IMG/VR virus record: IMGVR_UViG_3300045988_161801
Span: 2,506 to 66,505 of that record
From: a virus
Direction: 5' to 3' (one strand)
DNA: 64,000 nt
Shown here: piece after piece, positions 8,806-18,716 of the stretch
How positions within the stretch are numbered: the stretch's first letter is position 1
How the letters are laid out: the number at the start of each line of letters is the position of its first letter
Position numbers and translations under genes: made by a program
Notes under the pieces: generated by a model
Told to the model about the DNA's origin: nothing
Seen by the model: only the letters and a program-made list of their open reading frames with translations
The model's database searches: none

Positions 8806-9999
8806 ATGGCACAGTTACCAGCAGGGGCTTTCGAGTCCCAATTTTACAAAATGCTTAACGCTTCTCTCATGTCGGAATTCGGTTACGGGAACGTTAGAAG
8901 CTTTTTCGAGAGAGAGTTTTTGAATTATTTCCCTGATGCCAAATGGAGAGAACTATTTGACGTGGCAGAGGAAAACAGATCCGGTAAATACACGCAAGTG
9001 ATCGGTAAGAACAACCGTCCAGTGATGGCATCTTACGTGGCCTTTGACGCGGATGGTCACTTGATCAGCAGGAAAGGGTTTGAAGTTAGTAGCAAGGATA
9101 TGCCGGTGTCCAAATTGGCAATGAATTTCAACGAGCAAAGCGTTGAGAATAGCGAGTACTTGCAAATGAACGGGGGACGGATATTAACAGGCCCGATAGC
9201 TAATAATTTCCTTGTAGATTCTACTAGTTTACTAGCGGGTATTCACACGTTGAGAAGTTATACCGGGTTACAGATCGAGAGTACGGGAAAGTACGTGTCC
9301 ACCAAGAAGAATAACGGTGGTGGAGCCGAAGGATTGGAGTACAATTTTATCGGTGATTACGAGGCAAGCAACATGAAGGGTGCGGGAGGTTACGGAACTA
9401 GAGGTAAGAAGGTAGCGTGGTCTGACGAGTCAGCAAGCCCTATCGGGGATTTGATGGACATGGTGAAATTTGCCCGTGACAACGGTTTCATCGTTGGGAT
9501 GTTCCGTATGAACGAGAACACGTATAACCAGCTTATCGAACACCCGAACACCAAACAGCAAGTGGCAGCGTGGCGAACCCAAGGGATGATCTTGAAAGAA
9601 AACATGGCAGACTATATCATCACGGATGACGTGATGCAAGCTTACATCAAATCTTTACGATTACCCCCGATTAGCGTTGAAAACTGGACGGCCTTCCATC
9701 AATGTTTGGATCCGGAAACCCAGAAGATGATGGAAAAACCGTTAACGGCATTTGCCGATAACATGGTCGTTTTACGTCCTGCCGGGAAAATTGGAACGAT
9801 TCAATGGAAACAGGTAACGAACTTGTTTAGCACGGTTGATAACCCGTTGTATTACGCCGAGAATGGTCTTGTTGCGATCCAGCAAGTGGTGGAATCTAAA
9901 CAAAGATTCATGCAATTCACTGCCGAAAGTCATAGTTTACCAGTCCCGGATAATATCAATAACTTCCTGTACTTGAAAACTAACGAGGCTGATTCTTAG
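8806..9999 (+). CDS. major capsid protein
   Basis: 397 aa. Position after scaffold/decoration-type genes and before connector genes, with a size typical of lambda-E/HK97-like capsid proteins. Confidence 0.65.
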   Translation: MAQLPAGAFESQFYKMLNASLMSEFGYGNVRSFFEREFLNYFPDAKWRELFDVAEENRSGKYTQVIGKNNRPVMASYVAFDADGHLISRKGFEVSSKDMPVSKLAMNFNEQSVENSEYLQMNGGRILTGPIANNFLVDSTSLLAGIHTLRSYTGLQIESTGKYVSTKKNNGGGAEGLEYNFIGDYEASNMKGAGGYGTRGKKVAWSDESASPIGDLMDMVKFARDNGFIVGMFRMNENTYNQLIEHPNTKQQVAAWRTQGMILKENMADYIITDDVMQAYIKSLRLPPISVENWTAFHQCLDPETQKMMEKPLTAFADNMVVLRPAGKIGTIQWKQVTNLFSTVDNPLYYAENGLVAIQQVVESKQRFMQFTAESHSLPVPDNINNFLYLKTNEADS

Positions 10000-10000
10000 C

Positions 10001-10663
10001 ATGAATATCTCTATTGACATATTGAATGGCAACGGTAGCGTTGAAGGGGTGGGTACTTACGAGAGTGGTACCCCAGTTTCCATTATTATCTCGCCTAGCC
10101 CTGGTTTTGACGTGAAGCACGTGACGATCAAGGAAGGAGATAAAGAACCAGTGCAAGTAGAGAAGTCAGCCATGATAAATTTGGATGACGATGGGAGTAT
10201 GGGTTTTGATATAACCACGGGAGCCGAGGACATGATCGTTGGTGTTTATTTTTACGTGTCAATAGAGAGTTACTTGCAAACGAAAACATCGATAGATGTA
10301 TCTCGTTTCTTACAAGGGATACGTACTGATAGGAATATCGAGTACGGGGCAGACGTGGATTCGATCGGTGATATTGACAAGAAATTGTGCGAGGCAGACT
10401 TGTACATGTGCTTGAGTTCATTGCCAACTACTAGAACCGCCGCTAAAGATGCTGATGGTGGATGGAGTCATCAAGGGGAGGGGATAACCGTTTCTTTATC
10501 GGACAAGCAAGGTTTTATAGCTAGAGCGATGGCCGTGTACAAGAAATACGATCCCGAAAAATACGAGGAAGTAGAGCAATCCATGCAGTACAAGAAAACT
10601 ATCGTGGAGTACTCGTATTCCAGACCTAGTGATTCAAAGGAGATAATCGCGGAATTTTACTAG
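10001..10663 (+). CDS. hypothetical virion protein
   Basis: 220-aa ORF tightly packed after the capsid gene. Confidence 0.4.
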   Translation: MNISIDILNGNGSVEGVGTYESGTPVSIIISPSPGFDVKHVTIKEGDKEPVQVEKSAMINLDDDGSMGFDITTGAEDMIVGVYFYVSIESYLQTKTSIDVSRFLQGIRTDRNIEYGADVDSIGDIDKKLCEADLYMCLSSLPTTRTAAKDADGGWSHQGEGITVSLSDKQGFIARAMAVYKKYDPEKYEEVEQSMQYKKTIVEYSYSRPSDSKEIIAEFY

Positions 10664-10666
10664 TAT

Positions 10667-10981
10667 ATGAAAAATCCAAGGTTTAGCGGTAAAGTGACTA
10701 TAAAAAGAATCCTGGACACGGGAGAATACCCGAATATACAAAAAACGGTAAAGACAATTCTTGTTTCTAAATGCGGGTACAGGAACTTGTCTAGCGAGGA
10801 TATTTCTTTTTCTTCCGGGGTTTACATTTCTCAATATAAGATCGCTTTGCCCAGGTTCTCGGCAAACGTGATAACGGGAGACTTAATCGAGGTGATTGAC
10901 AAGAACGAAACTAGAGTGGGTACAGTGGTAAAAGCCAAGAATAATAACCTTGGTGCTTACGTGTGGTTTAACGAGGTATGA
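10667..10981 (+). CDS. head-tail connector candidate
   Basis: 104 aa, in the run of small overlapping ORFs between the capsid and tail genes. Confidence 0.35.
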   Translation: MKNPRFSGKVTIKRILDTGEYPNIQKTVKTILVSKCGYRNLSSEDISFSSGVYISQYKIALPRFSANVITGDLIEVIDKNETRVGTVVKAKNNNLGAYVWFNEV

Positions 10982-11379
10982 TCATGAGTAACAAGACTAA
11001 CATAAACAAGGGTATCAAGCTGACGAGTAATGTCATTAATGACGTGATCAAGATAGGTCTTGTTTCTTTGTGTGATGACGCGGTAAAAGTAGCCTTGGCT
11101 ATTCATGATGACGGTGAGAATCACTTGGCAAACAAGGGGTCTTATGGTTACGGGATATTTCATGATGGGAAACTTCTGAAAAGAAGGACGTGGGGACGTG
11201 ATTCCAGTGCAAAGGATACCATATCATCTTTCGAACCTAGAAACAAGGGTTTTGAGGCTGTTATCGTGGCCGGGATGAATCCCGTTTTTTTGTTTAACGT
11301 GGAACACGAGGTCGATATTCTTGTTAACACCATAAGCGTGACGAGAGCGAATTTTTACAAGTATTTCAAGAAAGTATGA
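10978..11379 (+). CDS. head-tail joining candidate
   Basis: 133 aa, with 4-nt overlaps on both sides. Confidence 0.35.
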   Translation: MIMSNKTNINKGIKLTSNVINDVIKIGLVSLCDDAVKVALAIHDDGENHLANKGSYGYGIFHDGKLLKRRTWGRDSSAKDTISSFEPRNKGFEAVIVAGMNPVFLFNVEHEVDILVNTISVTRANFYKYFKKV

Positions 11380-11762
11380 ATAATATTTACGATCCGGCTA
11401 AAATCAAGGAGGCGTTAATCAAGGTTCTCAAGGGAAATGTATCATGTGATAATATTTACCCGGATAGACCCAAGTTAAAGAATGACAAGTTATCGCCTTT
11501 TATCGTGATAACAACGAGCGTTATAAATGACGAGTACGCTTTGGGGCGTACCGTGACGCAAGTAAAAGTGTTCGCCAGGGACTTGAATAGCGGTCCGGAT
11601 GACATGATCATTTCAGGAATATGTAATTCGATTCAAGGTTTATTGCCAATAGAGGAAGGAAGGTACACGTTTGATTTTATATCCATTTCAGATAGTATCA
11701 TTGATAGTAGCACGTCTTTTCATTACAGGACAATTTTATTAAACACGGATATTATTAATTAA
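11376..11762 (+). CDS. tail-completion candidate
   Basis: 128 aa. Called by position only. Confidence 0.35.
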   Translation: MNNIYDPAKIKEALIKVLKGNVSCDNIYPDRPKLKNDKLSPFIVITTSVINDEYALGRTVTQVKVFARDLNSGPDDMIISGICNSIQGLLPIEEGRYTFDFISISDSIIDSSTSFHYRTILLNTDIIN

Positions 11763-11775
11763 AAAAAGAATAATT

Positions 11776-12333
11776 ATGGCTTACACATCAAAGCAAAGGG
11801 TTATCGCCAAAGGAACTGGTGATATTTACATAGCGGACCCGGTAGTCAGTGGGAAAATATCAGATGCCGAGTGGGAAAATATAATGGTATCGTTAAAAGG
11901 ATCCTTCACGATCACCCAGGAAGAAGGTGATACCACCACGGTCGAGATCGATCAATCCGACTTGCCTGTTTTATCAGAAACGCAGCCCGGTAACTTGACA
12001 ATATCATGGAACGCCCCCAACACATCAAAAAAGATGTGGGAATTGTTGTACAACACGGTGGCGAGCATGGAATCCATCTACACCGGGAGTGCCGGGGAGG
12101 AAGTTATCGGGGTAAGAATGAACACTAAAGAGATAAAGAAGATGTTGAAAGTGAAAATGAGGGTTGGTGGATCAACCTACGTGTTCCCGAATCTTCAATG
12201 GTCTCGTTTGTTCATGAAAGACAGTGACGATGATCCCACTTATTTCACCATCACTTGCACGGTGTTGGCAGCAGTAGACACGTCGCAACCTGATTTCATC
12301 GTGATAAATCAAATGGACGGTTCTGCCGATTAA
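11776..12333 (+). CDS. major tail protein candidate
   Basis: 185 aa, immediately upstream of the chaperone pair and the tape measure gene. Confidence 0.5.
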   Translation: MAYTSKQRVIAKGTGDIYIADPVVSGKISDAEWENIMVSLKGSFTITQEEGDTTTVEIDQSDLPVLSETQPGNLTISWNAPNTSKKMWELLYNTVASMESIYTGSAGEEVIGVRMNTKEIKKMLKVKMRVGGSTYVFPNLQWSRLFMKDSDDDPTYFTITCTVLAAVDTSQPDFIVINQMDGSAD

Positions 12334-12397
12334 GAATTAAAATGTTTAACGTGAAGGGGTGGAGGTGTTGCTTCATCCCTTTTTAATAAACAAAAGA

Positions 12398-12934
12398 ATG
12401 AAAAACGTGCAACCAAGCGTTGAGGCTCAAAAAAAATTATGCGATATAGATGACGATGTTCATTTACCCTTCACGATTCCAGGAACTAATGATGTTTACA
12501 GGATTGGATTCTTGAAAAATTACACGTGTAACATGATTACCCGGCTTCTTGTAACTAGAAAAGTGTCCAAGCCTAAATCTGATAGCACGAAAGACGTGAT
12601 AGAAACGATGTCCGAGCATTCATCGATTCCTTACAAGGTCGCCGCTTACGGTATCTTAAATTCATGGTGGAAGATTAAATTGTTTCACCGGTTCCTCTGG
12701 CGAAGGCTAGCCATGAAGTATGATTATCAACAAGTGCTTTACATCGTTCAACGAGTGTACGATAATATTGATCTCGCCGCTTTTTTTTTGAGTATGGCGT
12801 TGGCGGAGAAGATGATGAACTCTATGAAGATGATGACCCAGAAGGAAGTAGGGCAATATGCAGCAGAACTAGAATCGGAATTAAAGGGGCATTCCTCAAA
12901 GAATTCCCGGCGTACACGGAAAAAGACTACTTGA
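12398..12934 (+). CDS. tail assembly chaperone (G-like, zero frame)
   Basis: Sits directly before the tape measure gene and contains the T9 slippery run. The ATG at 12398 is preferred over the non-ATG track start at 12359. Confidence 0.55.
   Translation: MKNVQPSVEAQKKLCDIDDDVHLPFTIPGTNDVYRIGFLKNYTCNMITRLLVTRKVSKPKSDSTKDVIETMSEHSSIPYKVAAYGILNSWWKIKLFHRFLWRRLAMKYDYQQVLYIVQRVYDNIDLAAFFLSMALAEKMMNSMKMMTQKEVGQYAAELESELKGHSSKNSRRTRKKTT
12781..12789 (+). other. candidate -1 programmed frameshift site (T TTT TTT)
   Basis: TTTTTTTTT fits X XXY YYZ in the zero frame (gcT TTT TTT TTG). The -1 frame is open from 12772 to 13131. Confidence 0.5.
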
Positions 12935-13131
12935 CACGGTTGAGTATTCCAAAGATCGCTATAATGCTGGCAGATCAACCTAGGGTGATATTCAAGAATA
13001 ACAAGAAGGACAAGGTTAAATTTACCGAGGAAGAACTGGAAACGTGTGCCAAGGAGAACGAGGTAATCATGAGGAAGTTTATCGAGAAACAAAAAGAGAA
13101 ATTATCTAAAAAAGGGCAAGATGGCAACTAA
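12787..13131 (+). CDS. -1 frame extension of the tail assembly chaperone (GT-like fusion C-terminus)
   Basis: The -1 frame reads ..FFEYGVGGEDDELYEDDDPEG..FLKEFPAYTEKDYLTRLSIPK.. and ends overlapping the TMP start. The track lists only its distal part (12931-13131). Confidence 0.5.
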   Translation, partial: FEYGVGGEDDELYEDDDPEGSRAICSRTRIGIKGAFLKEFPAYTEKDYLTRLSIPKIAIMLADQPRVIFKNNKKDKVKFTEEELETCAKENEVIMRKFIEKQKEKLSKKGQDGN

Positions 13132-16100
13132 AGTAGGGGACTTGGAATGGACTGTCGAGATTGATGACTCGAAGGCCAGGGAAAAACTTGAGAAATACAA
13201 GGATTACTTGAAACAAATGGATAACGATTTATCATCGTTACATAAATTTAAATTGCCTGATTTGAATTTTTCATCGTCTTCTAACGAGACTTTAAAGTTA
13301 CAAACGAGAATAAAAGAGCTATCTAATCAACTTGATTCTTTAAGGAAGAAATTCGAACAACTAGGACCTAAAGGTAATGCCCCTGACGGGGGAGATACAT
13401 TGAGCAAGTTGATGCTAATCAACAAGCAAATAAGTGATATTAACGGCAAGCTAGATCGGGCCGCCAAGTTAGCCAAGGCGCAAGATTCGAATTCCGGTCA
13501 GATGATAGATGATCTTGCCAAGGTTCAGTCGGAATTAATTAAAATAAGGGCGGTTCGTCAAGCGATTAACAAGGCCGAGAAAGAGGGTAGTATAACTTCA
13601 AAACAAGCTCTTGAGGCGAGGAAACAATTAATACAAGCTGATTTACAACACACTCAAACGGCTAAAACTTTAATGTCTTCCTTGAGAGCGGAAGAAAAGA
13701 TGTACCAGTCCGTTTCAGGTTCTATAAACGAGATGTCGGCAAACCTTGAAAAGATGCGTTTGATCTACCGGAATTTGAGCGACTCGGAGAGAAATTCAAG
13801 TTTTGGAACGGGGTTACTACAGAATATCCAGCAAGTAGACGCTCGCGTGAAAAGCTTGGACGCTAGTATCGGTAATCACCAGAGGAGCGTGGGGCATTAC
13901 GCCATGGCGTGGGACGGGCTTGGATTTTCTATACAACAAGTGGCGAGGGAAATTCCTAACGTGGCGTACGGGGCGAGGGTGTTTTTCATGGCCATATCGA
14001 ATAACATCCCAATCCTTGCTGACGAGATAAAAAGAGCCAGGTTAGAATTCGAGGCAGCAACGAAAGCCGGTCAAAAGGCGGTACCCGTTGGAAAACAGAT
14101 ATTGAAATCAATATTCTCGTGGCAAACGGCTCTCGTGGCTGGGATAACCTTGTTAACGGTGTACGGGGAAGATATAGTGGACTGGGTGGCAAACTTGTTC
14201 AAGGGAAAGAAGGCTTTGGATGCAGTCTCGGAGGCTCAGGAAAAATTGAACGAGGCCACAATAGAAGGTTATAAAAATTCTGCTGATGAGTTAACAAAAT
14301 TGAAGCTATTATATGATGCTGCTGTGGACACCAAAAAAGCACAAAAAGAAAGAAGTTTAGCGGTAGAGGAATTACAACGCTTGTATCCAGAATATCTAGG
14401 GAACATGAGAGCGGAAGAAATCATGTTGGGTAAAGCAGGAGTTAAATACGCTAACTTGGCTGAAAATATAAAAAAAGCGGCGCAATCTAAAGCTATATTA
14501 AGTAAAATGACAGAGGTGTATGCCGTTAAACTTGAAAAAGAAACTGTGTTAGAAGAAGCTCGCAAGATGAGAGAACGTTCTTTAAGAAACGAAATAAGTG
14601 ATAGAAAAGCTATTATTAAATATAATGATAAAGAATACAAGGGAGCGTATGAGATTGGTTTGTTGATAAACAAATTAAAAACAGATATTGCTGGATATAA
14701 TACAGAGATTGAGGAACTTTCTAAAAAAGTTCCAGTTGGTTCTATAATTGCTGATGGTAATGATAATAAAAAAATAAAATCCGTCACGGACTTGTTGCGC
14801 CAGCAAGTGGACACCATTGAGGCTGCCCAGCAACAATATGAGAAATACCTTGAAATCATGAGTTCTGAAGAAGCGGTGAGCAAGGTAAGGAGCTTGATGC
14901 AATTCAAGGATATAGGTTTCAATCCCAACGAGGTGGAAAAGCAAATTACCAAGATATACAAGAGGCTCGGTAATTCAGACGAGGAAAGAAAGTTAAGGGA
15001 GCATATCGAGGGTATTTTCACGCAGATTGATTTTTCCAAGTTGAAAAAGAATTTTGATGACGCTTTAAAATTAATATCCGGTGAAATTTCCGGTTACAAG
15101 GAAAAATACAACCTGTACGAGCAATTACTGGGACTTACCGGGGACAAGGATTTATCGTTAAACATAGCTTTCGGCGGGGACATGGAGGCTATAGGAGGGG
15201 GGATAGTTGAAAAGATCAAGCAAGGGATAAAGGACGCTCTAAAGGAGAACAAGGTTGATTTAACCCTAGATCAAGTCATGAACATTGATTTTAGCAAGAG
15301 TGCCGAGGCGTTAGGGATGGGAACCAAGTTGAAAGAATTCTTGGAAAACTCGGTGAAAGAGTTGAAACAAGTTGACGTGACAAACTTGATCGGTTTCCAG
15401 AAATTAATTCAAGAATACGCTTCTGCCGAGGATAAAATTAAAAATATAGAGGCAAACGGGGAGAGAGAGCGTTTGAAGATAAAAGAAACTTACGAGAAGT
15501 TAAAGGCTAGTGCCTCGGGGGAATATCTCGCTAATCTTGAAAAACAAGAACAGGCAGCGATAGACGCTAGCGAGCGAAAACAATCTGACGCTATATTCAA
15601 TCTTGAATCAGAGTTATTAAAAATGTCTGATTTTTGGAAAAAAGCATTTGGTGACATATCTAACATGGGATATGATAGCTTGATGGAAATGGCTGATAAA
15701 GCACAAAAAATAATTGATGAAAAAAAAGAACTAACAGACAAAGATGGTAGAGTGATCGGTTACGAGATAGATGTTGATGGCAAAAAAAACAAGGCTACCA
15801 TTGCCGACATGGAACGCCTACGTGCGATAATTATTAAATTGCAAAAAACAGCATCTGGTAAAAATCCTATCAAGGCATTTTTTGACGCTATACGAGAAGG
15901 CAAACGAGATGGAGAGTCATTTGCAGAATTCATGGTAAGGGTAACGGGGGATATGCAAAATGCGGTTGGTATTGCTAGTCAACTTGCCTCTGAGGTATCA
16001 AACGTGTTCTCTGCTTTAGGTGACGAGGATACGGCAGACAAGATTTCCGAAGTCATGGGATACGTGGAAGGTGGGGCTAACGCCGCCATGGGAATCGCGA

Positions 16101-17422
16101 AAGTCGCTACTGGGGATTTGACGGGTATAATTCAAGCCGCTCAAGGTATAACTCAAATCGTTTCTGGAATTGCCGAGGCTCACGATAAAAGGCTAGACAA
16201 GAAAATAAGAGAATCCGAGAGGAGGGTGAAACGATTGCAATGGGCTTACGAGGATCTTGAACGTGCGGTAGATAAAGCCTTGTCGGAGGACAAATACGCC
16301 GTCGTGGGCGATCAAATAAAGAACTTGGTTGTTCAGCAGAGGGAGTTATCTTACCAGGCCCAGAAAGAGCGGGACAAGAAGAAAACGGACAAGGATAAAG
16401 TGGCAGACCTTGAAAGGCAAGTCGTGGAATTAAATCAAGAGATTTCAGATTTGCTCGATAATATCAAGGAAGATATAATAGGGGGAACATCTCAATCCAT
16501 CGCTCAAGAGTTAGGGAATGCTTTTCTTGACGCTTTCTCGAAAGGTGAGGATGCCGCCGAGGCGTGGGGGAACAAGGTGAATGACATCGTTGGGAATATA
16601 GTTCGAAATCTTGTTATCCAGAAATTTCTGGAAAAACCCATAGAGGATGCGATCGATAATCTATACGCCAAGATAATGCCTGACGCTGTGGATGCGGAAA
16701 GAGTGAATAACTTGATCGCCGATGCTAAAAGACGGATCGACGAGATAGATGCCGGTACCAGTGGCTTGTCTAAAAAAGAAGCCAAAAAGCAGAGGCAGGC
16801 ACTGGAAGAAGCGATCGCTAAATGGCAAAAAGAACTGGAAGAAGTGGATTTAGAAAATCCAGTACTTGATGGGTCCGCGTTCAAGGATTTCGAGAATAGT
16901 CTATCGATGCTTGGTAATTCTTTCGAGGATATAGTGAACTCGCTACCGGATGACGTGAAGAAATGGTTAAAAGATAAAAGTGAATCCAGTAGTAGTTTGG
17001 AACGTGATATAAAGGGGATAACCGAAGATCAGGCAGGTTTGTTGGCATCTTACCTTAACGCTATCAGGCAACACGTGGCCTTGCAGCAGGCTCCCATCAA
17101 CATGATAAACGCTAACGTCGCCGCCATTCTAACCAAGTTGAGCGGGGAGGTAAGACAAACTACCGGCGGTGGAATATTGAAAGTAGAGAATCTGGATTCG
17201 ATTCGCCAGTTCTTGCTGCCTTCTGAAAATTACTTGAAAGACTTGGCTATTAACGTGGAGAGTATTTACGATATGCAAGTTAAATGTCAAGTCCACCTCG
17301 CGAACATTGAGGCTAACACTTTAAAAAACGCTCAAATCGCCTCGGACATAATGGATTTACTTCGCCGGGTATCGGGACCGGTTGGAAGCAGGCCATCTGG
17401 GTTCGGGTTAAAAATTGCTTGA
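13121..17422 (+). CDS. tail tape measure protein
   Basis: 1433 aa with long coiled coils and an internal hydrophobic block (..VFFMAISNNIPILADEI..ALVAGITLLTVYG..). Position after the chaperone pair. Confidence 0.85.
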   Translation: MATKVGDLEWTVEIDDSKAREKLEKYKDYLKQMDNDLSSLHKFKLPDLNFSSSSNETLKLQTRIKELSNQLDSLRKKFEQLGPKGNAPDGGDTLSKLMLINKQISDINGKLDRAAKLAKAQDSNSGQMIDDLAKVQSELIKIRAVRQAINKAEKEGSITSKQALEARKQLIQADLQHTQTAKTLMSSLRAEEKMYQSVSGSINEMSANLEKMRLIYRNLSDSERNSSFGTGLLQNIQQVDARVKSLDASIGNHQRSVGHYAMAWDGLGFSIQQVAREIPNVAYGARVFFMAISNNIPILADEIKRARLEFEAATKAGQKAVPVGKQILKSIFSWQTALVAGITLLTVYGEDIVDWVANLFKGKKALDAVSEAQEKLNEATIEGYKNSADELTKLKLLYDAAVDTKKAQKERSLAVEELQRLYPEYLGNMRAEEIMLGKAGVKYANLAENIKKAAQSKAILSKMTEVYAVKLEKETVLEEARKMRERSLRNEISDRKAIIKYNDKEYKGAYEIGLLINKLKTDIAGYNTEIEELSKKVPVGSIIADGNDNKKIKSVTDLLRQQVDTIEAAQQQYEKYLEIMSSEEAVSKVRSLMQFKDIGFNPNEVEKQITKIYKRLGNSDEERKLREHIEGIFTQIDFSKLKKNFDDALKLISGEISGYKEKYNLYEQLLGLTGDKDLSLNIAFGGDMEAIGGGIVEKIKQGIKDALKENKVDLTLDQVMNIDFSKSAEALGMGTKLKEFLENSVKELKQVDVTNLIGFQKLIQEYASAEDKIKNIEANGERERLKIKETYEKLKASASGEYLANLEKQEQAAIDASERKQSDAIFNLESELLKMSDFWKKAFGDISNMGYDSLMEMADKAQKIIDEKKELTDKDGRVIGYEIDVDGKKNKATIADMERLRAIIIKLQKTASGKNPIKAFFDAIREGKRDGESFAEFMVRVTGDMQNAVGIASQLASEVSNVFSALGDEDTADKISEVMGYVEGGANAAMGIAKVATGDLTGIIQAAQGITQIVSGIAEAHDKRLDKKIRESERRVKRLQWAYEDLERAVDKALSEDKYAVVGDQIKNLVVQQRELSYQAQKERDKKKTDKDKVADLERQVVELNQEISDLLDNIKEDIIGGTSQSIAQELGNAFLDAFSKGEDAAEAWGNKVNDIVGNIVRNLVIQKFLEKPIEDAIDNLYAKIMPDAVDAERVNNLIADAKRRIDEIDAGTSGLSKKEAKKQRQALEEAIAKWQKELEEVDLENPVLDGSAFKDFENSLSMLGNSFEDIVNSLPDDVKKWLKDKSESSSSLERDIKGITEDQAGLLASYLNAIRQHVALQQAPINMINANVAAILTKLSGEVRQTTGGGILKVENLDSIRQFLLPSENYLKDLAINVESIYDMQVKCQVHLANIEANTLKNAQIASDIMDLLRRVSGPVGSRPSGFGLKIA

Positions 17423-17924
17423 CATGAAAAAGGATATTGCTAGAGAATTGAAAAAGGAAGCCACTAGAATTGGCTTGTGTAACAAGTGGATCGAGGAATG
17501 GGGATCACCAGATCTCGATGAATTATGCGATAAATACGTTAAAGGGATAGATTTCTGCGTGGAGCATGATTTCCCCTCTTGCCAGTACATGAAGGAACAT
17601 TTTGACGGGATCATGCAAAAACACGGTATATTCGTGGATGAATCGTTTGTACTTACCAATCCTGGAACTCTTGTCGTTAACGGGAAATGCAATGGCAAGG
17701 TAAACGTGAACGGTTATGGAGTGTCTGATATTTACGCGCGTCATGATTCCGTGCTAGAGATTATCGTTTCCGGAAACGCCAGGGTGTCGGTGGAAACCTA
17801 TGATAATTGCGTTTTAGCGGTGAAAGCATCTGGAAATTCCAAGGTGTTCGTTTACGATCACGGGGGATGTATAAAAAAAGAAGGGAACGTGATCGTGAAA
17901 AATAGAAAGGACAAGAAAGGGTAA
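17415..17924 (+). CDS. hypothetical tail-module protein
   Basis: 169 aa, overlaps the TMP stop by 8 nt. Confidence 0.45.
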   Translation: MLDMKKDIARELKKEATRIGLCNKWIEEWGSPDLDELCDKYVKGIDFCVEHDFPSCQYMKEHFDGIMQKHGIFVDESFVLTNPGTLVVNGKCNGKVNVNGYGVSDIYARHDSVLEIIVSGNARVSVETYDNCVLAVKASGNSKVFVYDHGGCIKKEGNVIVKNRKDKKG

Positions 17925-17933
17925 TCTTGTCCT

Positions 17934-18296
17934 TTAAATTCCCAACATGGCCGCCGGGGGTATGTTAAGCACTTGACAAAGCGAACGAGCTATTTTTAAC
18001 GTTGGTTCTGAACGTCCAGTAATATAATCATTCACCCGGGATGGGCTTATCCCTATTTCTCCCGCAAGTTGTCTTTGTGTCATCCCCTTTTCCTGAAGGG
18101 AAAATTCAATCAATTCCGCTACCGATAGTTTACTTATCGGGAAATGCTCTTTCTCGTAGGCGATAACAACGTCGGACATCATGGTTAATTCCACGGCATT
18201 CTTGTCGTTAGCGGGGGTATTATCATCAACCAAAGGCAAAAGTTCTTCCACTCTTGCCAATGCAAACTCGTATTGTTCTCTAGTAATCTTATTCAT
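17934..18296 (-). CDS. higA: HigA-family antitoxin (XRE HTH)
   Basis: C-terminal GMTQRQLAGEIGISPSRVNDYITGRSEPTLKIARSLCQVL is an XRE HTH. Sits downstream of higB in the reverse TA order typical of HigBA. Confidence 0.85.
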   Translation of the reverse strand: MNKITREQYEFALARVEELLPLVDDNTPANDKNAVELTMMSDVVIAYEKEHFPISKLSVAELIEFSLQEKGMTQRQLAGEIGISPSRVNDYITGRSEPTLKIARSLCQVLNIPPAAMLGI

Positions 18297-18305
18297 GGCC
18301 TTTCT

Positions 18306-18605
18306 TTAAATGGTTGAACAATCTATCTTATCGTATTCCTCGTGAGTTCCTACAAAACGAATGAAAACGTATCCTATCGTGAATTTTATAACAACTACCA
18401 GTCTGTAATTGTTTCCCTTGATATTGAAAACGTAGTGTTGATTCCCCACGTAATCCGTGGCGGGAAAGTCTACCTTTATCTCGGATAAATTTTCCCATTC
18501 CGCTTTCTCCACGACATCATACCAACGTTCAAGAGCTACACGTGAATCCTCTCGTCCCTTGGTTTCGTAAAATTCTTTCAATTTCCTGTGTGATACAATT
18601 CTCAT
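18306..18605 (-). CDS. higB: HigB-family toxin (mRNA interferase)
   Basis: MRIVSHRKLKEFYE..ALERWYDVVEKAEWENLSEIK..VFNIKGNNYRLVVVIKF..VFIRFVGTHEEYDKID closely follows the HigB_toxin family pattern, as remembered. Confidence 0.85.
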   Translation of the reverse strand: MRIVSHRKLKEFYETKGREDSRVALERWYDVVEKAEWENLSEIKVDFPATDYVGNQHYVFNIKGNNYRLVVVIKFTIGYVFIRFVGTHEEYDKIDCSTI

Positions 18606-18637
18606 ATCTCATTTATTTGATGCAAATATAGATAATA

Positions 18638-18686
18638 ATTTTGGAATATAGAATTTACACGGGGATAAAATTCTATATTCCAAAAT
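18638..18686. promoter_or_regulatory. perfect 19-bp inverted repeat (operator and/or int terminator)
   Basis: attttggaatatagaattt (18638-18656) and aaattctatattccaaaat (18668-18686) with an 11-nt spacer. A - strand TAtaTTTG box lies at 18630-18623. Confidence 0.55.
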
Positions 18687-18716
18687 ATAGTGATGGTTGT
18701 TGTGGTGGTGAGAGGA

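Noticed and set aside
14269-15039. 256-aa ORF (and several 60-130-aa ORFs) antisense to the tape measure gene
   Set aside because: It is a Ser/Leu/Phe-rich low-complexity mirror of the Glu/Lys-rich coiled-coil sense frame, lies entirely inside a 1433-aa gene, and has no start context. This is typical of spurious antisense ORFs.
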